Shown: positions 1 to 12,240 of the stretch, in pieces
Numbering within the stretch: the first letter of the stretch is position 1
How the letters are laid out: each line of letters opens with the position of its first letter
Source of the DNA: Octopus sinensis
Lineage: Eukaryota
Direction of reading: 5' to 3'
Assembly: GCF_006345805.1 (NCBI RefSeq)
Contig: NC_043021.1
Location: forward strand, 25,730,001-25,794,000
Length of the DNA: 64,000 nt
Position numbers and translations under genes: made by a program
The notes under the pieces: model-generated
What the model was told of the DNA's origin: nothing
Databases searched by the model: none
What the model saw: the letters and a program-made list of their open reading frames with translations, nothing else

Positions 1-2882
1 TGACTCGTTCAAATCAATGTAAAGAAATAAGCATTACATTTGACAGAAATCTGAATGCTGAACGGGTAAAGATTTCCTGTTATTGAGGTTTTGCTCCAGC
101 CACCTAACATCTTCCTTAGCCCATACATCACAGAAAGAATTGCTGTGACAAAGGAGAATTTAGCTTCAAGAAATTTACATAGTTCTTTGTTTTTCCTATA
201 CAAGTTGTATTGCTTCCTTAATCCATGGTATCTCTTTCAGCTAACAACAACGACTCGAAAGACCACTGAATACTGTAGACCCAAATACACTGGAGATGAC
301 TAGAATGTCTGATCGGCACTATCAGGGCTGACCCTGACAACAGCAAAGCAAAAAGAGTACTTACTATTTCGAGGGGTGGGGGCAAAATACATGTTGAAAA
401 TGTCATGAATTTAGTAGAAGCTATTCAGAGTATAAGGTAGGGGGCACGGAAAATCTGGAATGAAATAGCTTTCTGACAGAACTAATATCTAAGTTGATGA
501 GGGATCTGCTAACAGTAATACAAAACAGCGGGAAACTGGATTCTTAAAATTTCATTATAAAGAATAACAGAGCATCATTGTGTAATCACATATTCTACAG
601 TTTTACAAAATGGATAAGAGGAGAGAGCAGATGGTTTTAAAATAAAACCAAAATGACGAAACTTGTGTTGAAAACAAGGTACATTGCTTAACTGATGATG
701 ACTTGCTAGGTCCAAGCTTCTAAATAATTTTCTGAGACTAAAATAGATCTGAATAAAATCATTTGCTTCCATTTAACAAGTGATTAACCAAATTATTTAA
801 CAGACAATAAGCAGTAGAAGCTGAATATAGGTCAAATTAATTTGGGAAAGTTTGGCTATCAACCAGTCAATAATAAACGACCTTCACAGACGTGGTTCGT
901 CTGGCCTCAAGGAAGGAGGAATCAACACAAATCAATAATGAAGATGGGGAAGAGAGAGTGACTTCGATTTGTATTTTAAAAGTTGGCTGAATCGAGGTCA
1001 TCTTCGTTGTGTATGTCTGTCCGGATATTAAATTTTAATTAATATCAGGAAACACAAATATTTCAAATCAACGGACTTTTGCTACAACCGTGTGAGTGGA
1101 TGTTCTAGTTTCTGCTTCCACCATCCGTGGTATTTTGGTTGTTTTTTTTGGTTTTTCTAGAGAATTGTACATACACAAATGTTAATTACGGGGAGATCTT
1201 CCAGAGAAATTCAGTTTAAAATCTCTCAACTGCAATAATCACTAGAGGATGCCACAACAGACACAAAGCGTGCAAATGATAATAAAAAAAAACCCCAGAA
1301 AAACTGCACAACCATTTTAAATGATACAAGTAAATTTTGGCAGCCAAAAGGAATGCCACAACTATTTTGGGAAAGAGGACGAAAAAAGAAAATGAAGACA
1401 GAGTCGTGGATTTGCTGTTAATTTTCCTCCGCCATCATATTTTTATTTTTTATATTTAATTAGACAGTATTAAAAAAAATACCTGGAATAATACAAATAG
1501 TAAAAATAAAACAAATGCCTGCACTGAATCTTGTTTTCTAATTATTATTATTAGCACCTGCCAGCACAAAATCTAAACATAATATGCATCTAAAGATATG
1601 TGCATATTATGATTTCCTGCCAGCAATTAATAAGTAAAGAAATGAGAACAATGAATGATCAAAACCAAAAGAAATGCCGAGAGTCAACAATAGCAGCAGT
1701 GCTGGGTAAAAATAGCAGATTATTGAGCCACCAAGGTTGTGTGAGGTAGGTAACACCTACCTAGATCAGTAACAAGTACTCCAGTTCTACCATAATATAT
1801 ATAAATATATAAATATAGTAGACATGGTGGCGGCGGTGGTGGTGGTGAAGGAAGTCGGTTACTAGATCAAGTTGTCTTAATTGGTGACGGCTCCGGTCAA
1901 GGATTTACTAAAATCTCCCATCACACAGTCTTCGAAATATATTTCAAAATGAAAAGACAAAAAAACCCTTTAAACCTTCGTTTAATTATTTCCCTGCCAA
2001 TATTAACAATAAAGAACATTTCGTTGTCATTTGAATGTGAAGTTCGTTACTTTTTCTTTTTCCTGTCAAAACCTCTTCTTCAACAATATGATGAGTAAGG
2101 AATGTCACTATTACTCATCGAGATGCCATTTAAAGGGGGGGGGGGTGATCGTTCCATTTTCCTTCACAACACACATCAGTCGTTCCCCACGAGACCAAAG
2201 AGAAAGAGGGACGGTAAAAAGTAAGATAAAATATTTAAAAAGAAGAAAAAAAAGAGTGGCACAACGATTTCAGAAATTCAATATTTTGTGTGTGTGTGTG
2301 TGTGTGTTGTTTTAATTTATAGAGATCAGGATTAAAAGGAGGAAGAATTTATAGTGAAAGAAATAGATGTTGAAATGCAGCGAAGTACTTGGACGATGAT
2401 TAGATGGTGCTTGGCGCGCTTAAGTCGAGCTGGAGGAGGAAACTTGAAAGTCCTTGAAGCTTCTTCTCTCATTGCTGCTGGTTGAAACGGTTGTGGACGG
2501 GCTTTCGTGATCACCCAGACACAAGCATTCATACACACACTTTCAAATGGGCGCAAAGGCGACACACACATATTACACCAATGTGTAACATTATACATTT
2601 GAATGTATAGACCTCCTCGTATAACATTTTAAATGAGCAATGTGTATAAAAGCTAAACACATACACCAAGGAGTAATACACACACACACACACATATATA
2701 TATAAAATCTACACGAAGGTAACAGACATATACATACAAATGAATACAAGATACACTGAACAGTATACACACAAACTTCACTTAAATATGCTATGTGCAC
2801 AAAACCTAAACATATATATATGTACACTGGTGAGTAACATCAGACTTAGGTAGAATACATTATACATACATTGAAACATAAT

Positions 2883-2924
<42 letters not shown>

Positions 2925-3983
2925 ATGAAAGAGCTTTAAATGTGCAATGGAATAGCGCAAATATGTTGAGAAGATGAGATCTGAAGCAATAGATTGCGAT
3001 CTATTATTCTACCTGTCCCCAAGGATTAAACATTGAACATTGTAAACAGCTTAAGGGTGTTTAAATATTAAGAAAATAATTCATTTGGAAGCCAGAAGAG
3101 TTGGATGGCGGAGGAGGGGAGAGAGAGAGAGAGAGAAGAGTATTGAGGTTAAGAGGAAAAGAGATGCATTTCGAATGAACTGAATTTGAATAAAGAAACG
3201 GAAGCAAATGGAGATGGTAAGGGTTTGAATTGTTAAAAATGCGCTTCGGAAATGTTGTGAGTTAAGAAAAGGTGAGCGTCAGTTTGAGTTGGATTATGGC
3301 GAGAATGGTTTGGAAGGAAGAAGATGGGAAATGTGCTGCGACGGGGGACGAGAGGAGGAAGGATTCTCATTGCTGCTATTTATTATTATATTCACGTTGA
3401 GCAGAACAATAAGGAAACGGTGGGCGCCAGAAATGGAATCTGGAAACGTTTCAGGATCGGAGACTGTTAATTGAGGATTTATAAATGAATAAAGTTGAAA
3501 TGTTGTTAAGAATTGGCGGATAAAACTGAACAAAAGAGCGAGGTTGCGTACGACGAACTGCAAAAGGAGGACTGCGGGTGGAATTGGAGCTGATAAAACG
3601 GTTCAAGAGGAAGAAATGGGTATTTCTATAGTAATACTCTTCGAAGGACATCGTTCGAAAGAAATGAGAGGCGAAAAGGATGAGCTTTGGCGAGAAATGT
3701 GGCAGCGATGGATGCAAAAATAGATTCGAGTCGGAAATGGAAACCGAAGAATAAAACGAAACCCAGAAAAATGGCTAAAGGCTCACAGATTTGGCGTTAC
3801 ACTTTTAATAATAAACACATTGTTCACATAAATAACTCGTGCAGCACACTAATAAACCATTTTCCACCGTCCCGAACGATCGAGTCGGGGTTTTTTTTCT
3901 TTTTACTTTTTCATCAAATCACAAGGAGGGGGGGGGGAACAATAGTTGCTCGAAATAGAAAAGATACAAGCGGTGGACTTTAC

Positions 3984-4035
3984 CTTCTAGTAATCTTGCT
4001 ATAATACTGTCAATGTTCAGTTTATCATCGGCCAT
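3984..4035 (-). CDS. PPP1CC: First coding exon of serine/threonine protein phosphatase 1 catalytic subunit (alpha/gamma type); downstream exons not found in window
   Basis: The minus strand reads ATG GCC GAT GAT AAA CTG AAC ATT GAC AGT ATT ATA GCA AGA TTA CTA GAA G|GTAAAG = MADDKLNIDSIIARLLE plus a phase-1 donor. This matches the PP1 N-terminus (recalled human PPP1CC MADLDKLNIDSIIQRLLEV) and the conserved phase-1 intron after RLLE. The alpha versus gamma label cannot be resolved in an invertebrate. Confidence 0.9.
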
Positions 4036-4874
4036 TCCACTAAGGATCTTTCTTTCGAAAAAAGGTAATAAATTGTTAGCCAAAGGTTGCTCCACTCAGA
4101 TGATCGACGATTATTAAGTCAACTAGTTGCTAACAGACATATACAACCTTATAACAAAATGGCGTAAGAGTACCGGTTGCAGCACGCGTATGAATACACG
4201 ATATTATTGGCTAACATTGACCTGGCGGTGATTGGTTAATCGGTTGCTCCACACTGCTTCATGGCGTCGGGAACTTTTCAAATGTTTATACGCCAATAAC
4301 TACTCGCTTCCCTTAGTTTTAATTCATTTATAGAAGAGGAAAAAAATTACTGAATTGTCTTCACAAACAAAACTAATTTGATTTTGTTTTATTTCAACAC
4401 ATATAACAGACGTTACAGGTTGATTAATGATTAAAGTCCCAACACAGGGTAACCCAGCTTCTAAATCACTAACATACATTAAGTTAGTGTGAACTACTTT
4501 TTAGATATTTAAAATAACACGAACAATTACGAAGAGCAGAGGCGGAAAACGAATTATATATGGAATTGAATTTTTGTAATATTTATTCATTTAATTCATT
4601 GAAAAAATATTTAAATTGATTTTATATTTTAACAAAATAATAAATGAAAGGAAAACTAAAATATTAATATTTTTGAAAAAGCTGCCACTCCACCAGCAGC
4701 AGACAATCCCTGTCGTCTGTTGTCATTAATTTAGTTGACAGGCCAACAACAACAACTGATGGTTGCTATATCATATTATATAAATATATATATAGCAACA
4801 TGTAGATTTTAGCAGATATATATTTAAATGTTCGACAGATATCCTATAAAACAAAATACTCACTTTAATTATCA
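4036..4874. promoter_or_regulatory. Putative bidirectional promoter and 5' UTR region between PP1 and the ankyrin gene
   Basis: Lies between divergent start codons at 4035 (-) and 4875 (+). Locally CpG-rich. YY1-type CAAAATGGCG at 4155-4164 and a second ATGGCG at 4261-4266. CCAAT/ATTGG boxes at 4206-4210, 4231-4235 and 4293-4297. The TSSs cannot be located from sequence alone. Confidence 0.6.
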
Positions 4875-4893
4875 ATGGGTTTAAAAAGAAAAG
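4875..4893 (+). CDS. Putative first coding mini-exon (MGLKRK|D) of the L27-like/ankyrin gene
   Basis: ATG GGT TTA AAA AGA AAA G|GTGAGC gives 19 nt and a strong phase-1 donor, with an in-frame TAA at 4866-4868 upstream. The phase matches the acceptor at 16635/16636, and the length and phase match the recalled DLG1 first coding exon MPVRKQ|D. Confidence 0.6.
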
Positions 4894-5354
4894 GTGAGCC
4901 TCTTCCAGTATATTATCTTCTAATTTAAACTTTGATTCATTTAGAAACTTTCAATTAAGGTTCATGGTAAACAGTGTAGTTAAGTTATATATACACATAT
5001 ATGTGATCTGTGTGTGTGTGTATGTATGTATGTATTCACACACACAGATGTATAAATGCACACATGTATATACACACATATATATAGGCAAATTTATATA
5101 TGTATATTCATGTATGCATACATATATATGCACACACATTTACATGTATAGATATATATGCCTATATATATATACAAATATACACACACACACACATATA
5201 TATATATGTGTACATACACACATATATATATATGTGTGTAAATACACACATATATATATATGTGTGTAAATACACACACACAGATATATACCTGCATATA
5301 AATGTATACCTATGTATATAAACATATCTATAAATATAAGCAAATATACCCCAC

Positions 5355-5399
<45 letters not shown>

Positions 5400-5637
5400 A
5401 TGTGCATAAGGAGAAAAACACGGACCTCTGGCCTGTCAGGTCTTGCTTAATTTTCCAAACTTTGCCTGCATTAAATGATGATATTAATTGTATATGTGTG
5501 TATGTATGTGTGCATATATGTATATATATATATATATGTGTTTGTGTCTGTATATGTATATACATATATTACATGTATATATAGATAAATATAAATGTGT
5601 GTGTATGTGTATATATATGTGTATATACATATGTGTG

Positions 5638-5672
<35 letters not shown>

Positions 5673-5679
5673 CTCTCAT

Positions 5680-5759
<80 letters not shown>

Positions 5760-5860
5760 CTACAGAGGCCATGTGCCAACAGATTTTGAGGTCTGATGAT
5801 ACGCTGTAAAGCTAACCGCTTTATGGACATGAAACCCAGTGTAATCCCATTGACCAGCCT

Positions 5861-5957
<97 letters not shown>

Positions 5958-6380
5958 ATGTAAATAGCAGGTGTGAAATCGTAGTTGTGGCCATTGCTGG
6001 TGTCAGGTGCTAGTGGCACATAAAAAGCACCCATTACGCTTTCGAAGTGGTTGGTATTAGGAAGGGCATGCCAAACCAGACTGGAACCTTGTGCAGCCCT
6101 CCAGCTTACCAGTTGCAGTAAAACCACCTAACCCATGCCAACATGGAAAGTGGATGTTAAATGATGATGATGATGATGATGAAAAATTATTTTTTGTGAC
6201 TTCATAGTTTCATCTGGCAAAGCCATCTCTGGACTGTCTGATGATCAGCTGGCTGAAACTTTGAAGTTACTGTCAATACTATTCTTGTCAAAGAAGACTA
6301 AATTTGTTCTCTACCAAAATTTATTGTGTAATCTTTCAGTTTAATGTAAAATCCTTTTTATTATAGCATAAAAACAAACA

Positions 6381-6421
<41 letters not shown>

Positions 6422-6612
6422 TATATATAATGAATTGACCCCAGCACTCATTTTCATTTTGAGTTTGGTACTTACTCTATCAGTCTCTTTTGCTGAACCA
6501 CTATGTTAAGGGGACATATACACACCAACACCAGTTGTCAAGCAGTGGGAAGGGACAAACACAGGCATACACACATACACGTATATATATGTGTGTGTGT
6601 GTGTGTGTGTCT

Positions 6613-6704
<92 letters not shown>

Positions 6705-7258
6705 CTACAGAGGCCATGTGCCAACAGATTTTGAGGTCTGATGATACGCTGTAAAGCTAACCGCTTTATGGACATGAAACCCAGTGTAATCCCATTGACC
6801 AGCCTTATCTATTTATATATATATATATATATGTCATGTAAATAGCAGGTGTGAAATCGTAGTTGTGGCCATTGCTGGTGTCAGGTGCTGCTGGCACATA
6901 AAAAGCACCCATTACGCTTTCGAGGTGGTTGGTATTAGGAAGGGCATGCCAAACCAGACTGGAACCTTGTGCAGCCCTCCAGCTTACCAGTTGCAGTAAA
7001 ACCACCTAACCCATGCCAACATGGAAAGTGGATGTTAAATGATGATGATGATGATGATGAAAAATTATTCTTTGTGACTTCATAGTTTCCTCTGGCAAAG
7101 CCATCTCTGGACTGTCTGATGATCAGCTGGCTGAAACTTTGAAGTTACTGTCAATACTATTCTTGTCAAAGAAGACTAAATTTGTTCTCTACCAAAATTT
7201 ATTGTGTAATCTTTCAGTTTAATGTAAAATCCTTTTTATTATAGCATAAAAACAAACA

Positions 7259-7298
<40 letters not shown>

Positions 7299-7474
7299 GA
7301 ATTGACCCCAGCACTCATTTTCATTTTGAGTTTGGTACTTACTCTATCAGTCTCTTTTGCTGAACCACTATGTTAAGGGGACATATACACACCAACACCA
7401 GTTGTCAAGCAGTGGGAAGGGACAAACACAGGCATACACACATACACGTATATATATGTGTGTGTGTGTGTGTG
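5673..7474 (+). repeat. Head-to-tail tandem duplication (copy 1 5673-6610, copy 2 6611-7474)
   Basis: The unique sequence is near-identical, with about 5 substitutions seen. The length difference comes from (TA)n/(CT)n tracts, and the junctions fall in (GT)n runs. Confidence 0.9.
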
Positions 7475-7689
7475 CATATGATGGGCCTCTTTCAGCTTCT
7501 GTCTACCAACTAAACTCACAAGGTTTTAGTCAGTCTGAGGGAATAGTGGAAGGCACTTACTCAATGTGCCATACAATGGGACTGAACCCAAAACCTCATG
7601 GTTGGGAGGCAAACTACTTACCACATAGCCATCCCTATACCTGTTCTTACCACACAGCCATACATGATATAAATATATATATACATATG

Positions 7690-8215
7690 TGAAAGACATA
7701 GTACAAGATGCTAAGAGAAAAACTAAGAGAAACCAAATGTAGTGTGCAAGAAAGAAGACTGCTCTGGTACGGTTGCATGATGTGTATGAAGGCGGCGAGC
7801 TGACAGAAGCGTTAGCACGCCGGGCGAAATGCCTAGCGGTATTTCGTCTGTTGTTACGTTGTGAGTTCAAATTCCGCCGAGGTCGACTTTGCCTTTCATC
7901 CTTTCGGGGTCGATAAATTAAGTACCAGTTACGCACTGGGGTCAATGTAATCGACTTAATACCTATGTCTGTCGTTGTTTGTCCCCTCTATGTTTAGCCC
8001 CTTGTGGGTAATAAAGAAATAGGTTGCATGATGTGTATGGATGAAGACAGCTGTATAAAGAAGAGCCAGTCACAGAATGTGGATGGAACTTGCAGAAGAG
8101 GAAGACTCAGGAAGATATAGAACAAAGTGCTGAAGGCTGGTATCAGGACCTTGAATCTCACAGAGAAGATGACATAGGACTGATATGACTAGCAATAAGT
8201 GGTTCTAAAGAAAGC
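7690..8215 (+). mobile_element. Decayed RTE-clade LINE 3' fragment interrupted by a SINE
   Basis: After removing the SINE and one TSD it reads RRLLWYGCMMCMDEDSCIKK...VDGTCRRGRLRKI, resembling the RTE C-terminal RWYGHV.RM...G.R.RGRP motif. Confidence 0.6.
7791..8021 (+). mobile_element. Young tRNA-derived SINE (family B, GGCGGCGAGCT head)
   Basis: B-box GAGTTCAAATTCC. 18-bp TSD GGTTGCATGATGTGTATG at 7771-7788 and 8022-8039. Highly similar to the copy at 56820-57050. Confidence 0.85.
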
Positions 8216-8989
8216 ACATTCATCTCAGCAAAATTGGGTTCTGGTAGTGCTGTGTGTGTGTGTGTGCATGCATATATAAATATTCAGGGGGGGGGGGCTG
8301 AAAAGCTCCTGGCTTTGGGTAAAAGGAAATAGAGGAGGATCAGTTAATTATTATTTTATTTAGACCTCACTGAGAGAATGACAAGGAACAAGGAGATGTG
8401 GTGATTTGCTGTACTTGATGAGATGCCTCAAGCTAAGTAAAATTGCTGTCTTCCACACAGTTCTAGGTAAATTCCACCATAGTAAATTCCACCCGCTAAT
8501 AATCACTTTGGTCAGTTTCTCTAGACCATGGCTCAATACCTATGTTATTTAATCTGTCTGTCTCTCAAGTCTTAAGAAGAGAGAGAGAGAGAGAGAGAGA
8601 GAGGGAGTCTGAAATTGAGATAGAAAATAATCTTCATAATCTACTTCAGTTGAGATGGGATCACTTTAATGTCCTCCCATTGAGCAAGAATCTATGAAAA
8701 AGACTCATCACAAAATTTCAAAAATTATATAATTTGGGATAAAGAAAGAAAAGATTAAATTTTAGCACACATTTTATTATAACAATAGGATAAAAAATAA
8801 CAGCGAGTACATTGTGAAGCAGAGTTAGGATAAGAAAGTTTAGCTTATTTAAAAAAACTTCCTAAGACAAATTGTGTGCAATACTTCTTAAAATTTGCTA
8901 TGGACACATAAGAGGCACAATGGAATAATAGGGAAGTTATCAGAAAAAGTAGTGTTTGTATGTTGTGTTTTCTCAAATACTCTAGAGGC

Positions 8990-9112
8990 CCTTTAGAGGT
9001 AGTGAACAATTTCTGCTACCTAGGGGACCTGCTTAGCAAATGAGGTGGATGCACAGAAAGTATGATTGTTAGAGTAAGAATAGGATGGAGAAAATTCAGA
9101 GAGCTTTCACTT
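8990..9112 (+). mobile_element. RTE-type LINE fragment
   Basis: Reads VVNNFCYLGDLLSK*GGCTESMIVRVRIGWRKFREL, matching the RTE post-RT motif F.YLG...I..RI..AW..F. Confidence 0.6.
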
Positions 9113-9114
9113 CT

Positions 9115-9815
9115 CATAGACAAAGAAATAAGAAACCACAGTATGGTAGAAGTGATAGCCACTCATAATAAAAAGGAGTACTGGTGGAATGTACCAGTGA
9201 AGACCTCAATAAAATGTAAGCACAATAGTCTTGATATAATGTGTACAGTTGTGAAAATTAGCTGCCCAGCGGATGTTAACTTAAAGCTAAAGATTATTGA
9301 AAAAGCGAATACCTATGCTGAACTATTGAGAAATCTGCAGTTACTCCTTCCAGATTACAAATTCAGGTTTATACCTGTAGTTATTGGGGCCCTGGGATAT
9401 GTAACACACAGCCTAAATACCAATCTTGAGAAATTAGGTTTTTGAAAACCAGAAAGTAGAAAGCTAATTCAGAGACTACAGATCCAATCTATCACTGGAA
9501 CTGTAAAAATCTGTAAAACTTTCCAGAAGTTTATCATCTAAATATATATGAGCAGGTCTAGGTATGCAGCTATATTATGAGAATACATACATAAAACAAA
9601 ACATACAAATCTGCACACATACATACATACATACATACATACATACATACATACATACATACATACATACATACATACAAACAAACAAACAAACAAACAA
9701 ACAAACAAACAAACAAAAATACCCTGTTGAAATTCCAATGAAGGAGCCTTGGATCTGGGTTAGAAACTGGCTCTTTCACTCTTGGCAAGAAATCTTGAAA
9801 TAAAGTTGAATAATG
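9115..9815 (+). mobile_element. 3' fragment of a restriction-like-endonuclease LINE (R4/Dong-like) with (TACA)n(CAAA)n in the 3' region
   Basis: KCKHNSLDI...VVKISCPADVN...EKANTYAEL...YKFRFIPVVIGALG...LEKLGF resembles the RPD-..-E..C RLE domain and the IPVVIGALG motif. Confidence 0.6.
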
Positions 9816-10091
9816 AGATACATACATATATCACAATAGTGTGTGTGCCAATGTGTATGTGTGTCTCTGTAAATATAAATTAGTAATAAGGATTCCTTAT
9901 GAATCAAAGTACATCAACATGTAGGATGCCAGAGCTCACAGTGAAATAAAACATTATAGACTTCTAGTGCAAGCAAGGTACCATAGATATGCAAGTACCA
10001 AATCCAATTTGTAACATCAATCTGACTCACCAGTGAATCCTTGGTATAGCATAAGTATAAGATAGTAAACATGAATGGCATTTTAAATCTA

Positions 10092-10226
10092 CAGCTGTTT
10101 TGGTAGAATTTATTTAATGAAGTCATAAAAAATTATGTCATAATATATAATCCACCATCATCAGATAAAATTTTAAACCGATAATCTTTTATAACTACAG
10201 TAAATAAAATTCTACCAAAACAGCTG
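10092..10226. mobile_element. Fold-back MITE (Tc1/mariner-type)
   Basis: Terminal inverted repeats CAGCTGTTTTGGTAGAATTT / AAATTCTACCAAAACAGCTG, extending imperfectly to about 45 bp. TA is present on the left flank only. Confidence 0.6.
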
Positions 10227-10999
10227 TCATAAATTTTATATATATTTATAATATAGTGGCATGCACGGCAATGTGATTAAGCAGTTCACTTCCTAACCAC
10301 ATGAGTGAATGAATTTGGTGGATAGAAACTATCTTTCAGTATGTGGGTGTGTGTGTGTGCGTCTGTGTGTGTGATAACATGTCTGGCAAAGGAAAAACAG
10401 ATAATGGTTGGCAACAGAAGGGCATTCAGCCATAGAGAATTTGCATCGATGAATTCTGTCTAATCCATGCAAGCATGGAAAAATGGACATTCAAATTGTG
10501 TTGATGATATACAAAGCTTACTTTCCCATTGATTTACTTGTTATAAATTCAGATTTGTTCTAACAGAATTTCTGAAAGTAAAAAAAATACAACCACTTGT
10601 ATTTCTGAAAAAACACTTTTTAAGTACATGTGCACGCATGCGCACACACACACATGCACACACACACATACACACACACACACACATACACAAAACTTAA
10701 AGAGCCTTGCAATTGAGAATCAATACACTTACAGTAATATTATCATAAGGTCACCACAAAGGATGTTTACTGCTCTGTGATGGAAGGTGATAGAATGAGA
10801 CTTACTACAGCTTCAGCATTCAGGAATTTATCCAGAGTTGTTCAACTCTTATGCACCATGTCTCTATATATAATTCATTGTGGAAAGTGAGCTGAATATG
10901 AACTCCTCTTGTTATTTTCAAGTTATATCCATGATTAGAAACATTATCTCTAAGTGCCAACTCTTTAACCTTATTCTTTGCAGCCAACCGAAATGGGAG

Positions 11000-12240
11000 T
11001 GGCTGGGCTGGAGCATCTAGATCCTCTTCTTGTCAGTTGTAACACACATGAATATTTTCACTAAAGTTGACTTCTTTATTGGTTAATTGGTCATTCTACA
11101 CTCCTCTGTAGCTCTTGTTTCAACACAGCATTGGCAGCTAATTAGACGAACCTTCTCAATGTGATTCTAGCAACCTAGCAACTCGACCAGTTGATTCTCT
11201 TCCTTTGAACTAGCTGTAAATATGCACTGGAATTCTTTTGGACTCTGAACATGATCATGAATCTCCTGCAGAACTACTATAAACAAGTTCAGAATGATGT
11301 TAACAATACATTTGTATATGATGGAGCTGTGGGCTCTTGAGATAGAGATTCCCAAGGAGTATCCTGTCTCACTACTCTCTTTGTGAGAGGAATGAATGTT
11401 TTGACTCAGTATGTTGCAGAGTGTACTCAAATCATTGTCATTTATGAAGAGAGTTATGGCACCATCAGTGAAAGCTCCCATGCATAATTTGACAATCCTG
11501 TCAAGCCAGAAAGAAGAGACTGATGGAGACTTGCAAAAGCTCAAAGAGTTGATTTTATGAATTCAGTTGAACTCCCTGGCATGGGAGAACAAAAATGTGT
11601 GCTCCAGGAAAGGGTGATAATGGGAAAGCAATTTCAGATAAATGGAGAAGATATCCAAAGGTATTTTGAATCAGTGGGTGAAGAATCTGAGACATTGGGA
11701 TAAGAGTTGATAAAAGGATTCAGGATCAAGTGAGTAGCTTAAGTAGATTGAAAGGGTATTGATTCACGGTAAAAGAGAACTGTTATGCTGTTAATCTGGA
11801 TTGCCACCAAGAATAGGCACTTGTAATTAAGAGTTGAATGCATACAGCTAATGATGGTGCACCCAGCCATAAGAAGAAGCTAGATGTGTCTAGAATATTG
11901 TCTGATGTAGTTTTGCTTGGTTGTTTAAGGAAACCGTAACAGTCATTTTACAGCAGTGGTGTAAGAATTTCATGCAGGCAAGATGCACCTGCCTATGACG
12001 ACAAAGATTGTCTGGAGATGCAATTGTTGCCAAGGTGAGGCTTCCAATTCGTTATGGACACAAGTGAAAGGGAGGAGAAGAGGCTACAAACAAAACTGTT
12101 ATACATGTGAACTGAAGGGAGATCTTGGATGTAGAGCAGACTGGCAGAAGAGGTGTTGGCTTTCTATCTATGGAGCAGTCGTTCAGCTGGGACTTCATAG
12201 TAAGCGGTGTCAAAGAAACAGAGAAGTGGTGCAGGGCCAC
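11000..12240 (-). mobile_element. Highly decayed non-LTR retrotransposon RT fragment (possibly L1/Tx1-like)
   Basis: The minus-strand RIVKLCMGAFTDGAITLFIND..LSTL segment resembles a degenerate (Y/F)ADD RT motif 5. The region has many stops and frameshifts, and the clade is uncertain. Confidence 0.35.

Noticed and set aside
2332-2598. Minus-strand ORF MREEASRTFKFPPPARLKRAKHH as an alternative PP1 exon
   Set aside because: No recognisable homology and no convincing splice donor. It ends in a stop within intronic sequence.
3289-4004. Several 60-105 aa ORFs in the CpG-rich block
   Set aside because: They overlap on both strands, show no domain signal and lie in PP1 intron 1. The local GC content explains the open frames.
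4828-4884. uORF MFDRYPIKQNTHFNYQWV* overlapping the 4875 start
   Set aside because: It is short and its transcription is unknown, so a regulatory role cannot be supported from sequence.
4951-5809. Many overlapping 60-140 aa ORFs (YIYI, CVCV, HTHT), and similar clusters at 26996-27360, 29015-29522, 32809-33386, 39921-40354 and 60255-60687
   Set aside because: These are translations of (TA)n, (TG)n and (TACA)n microsatellites that lack stop codons, not genes.
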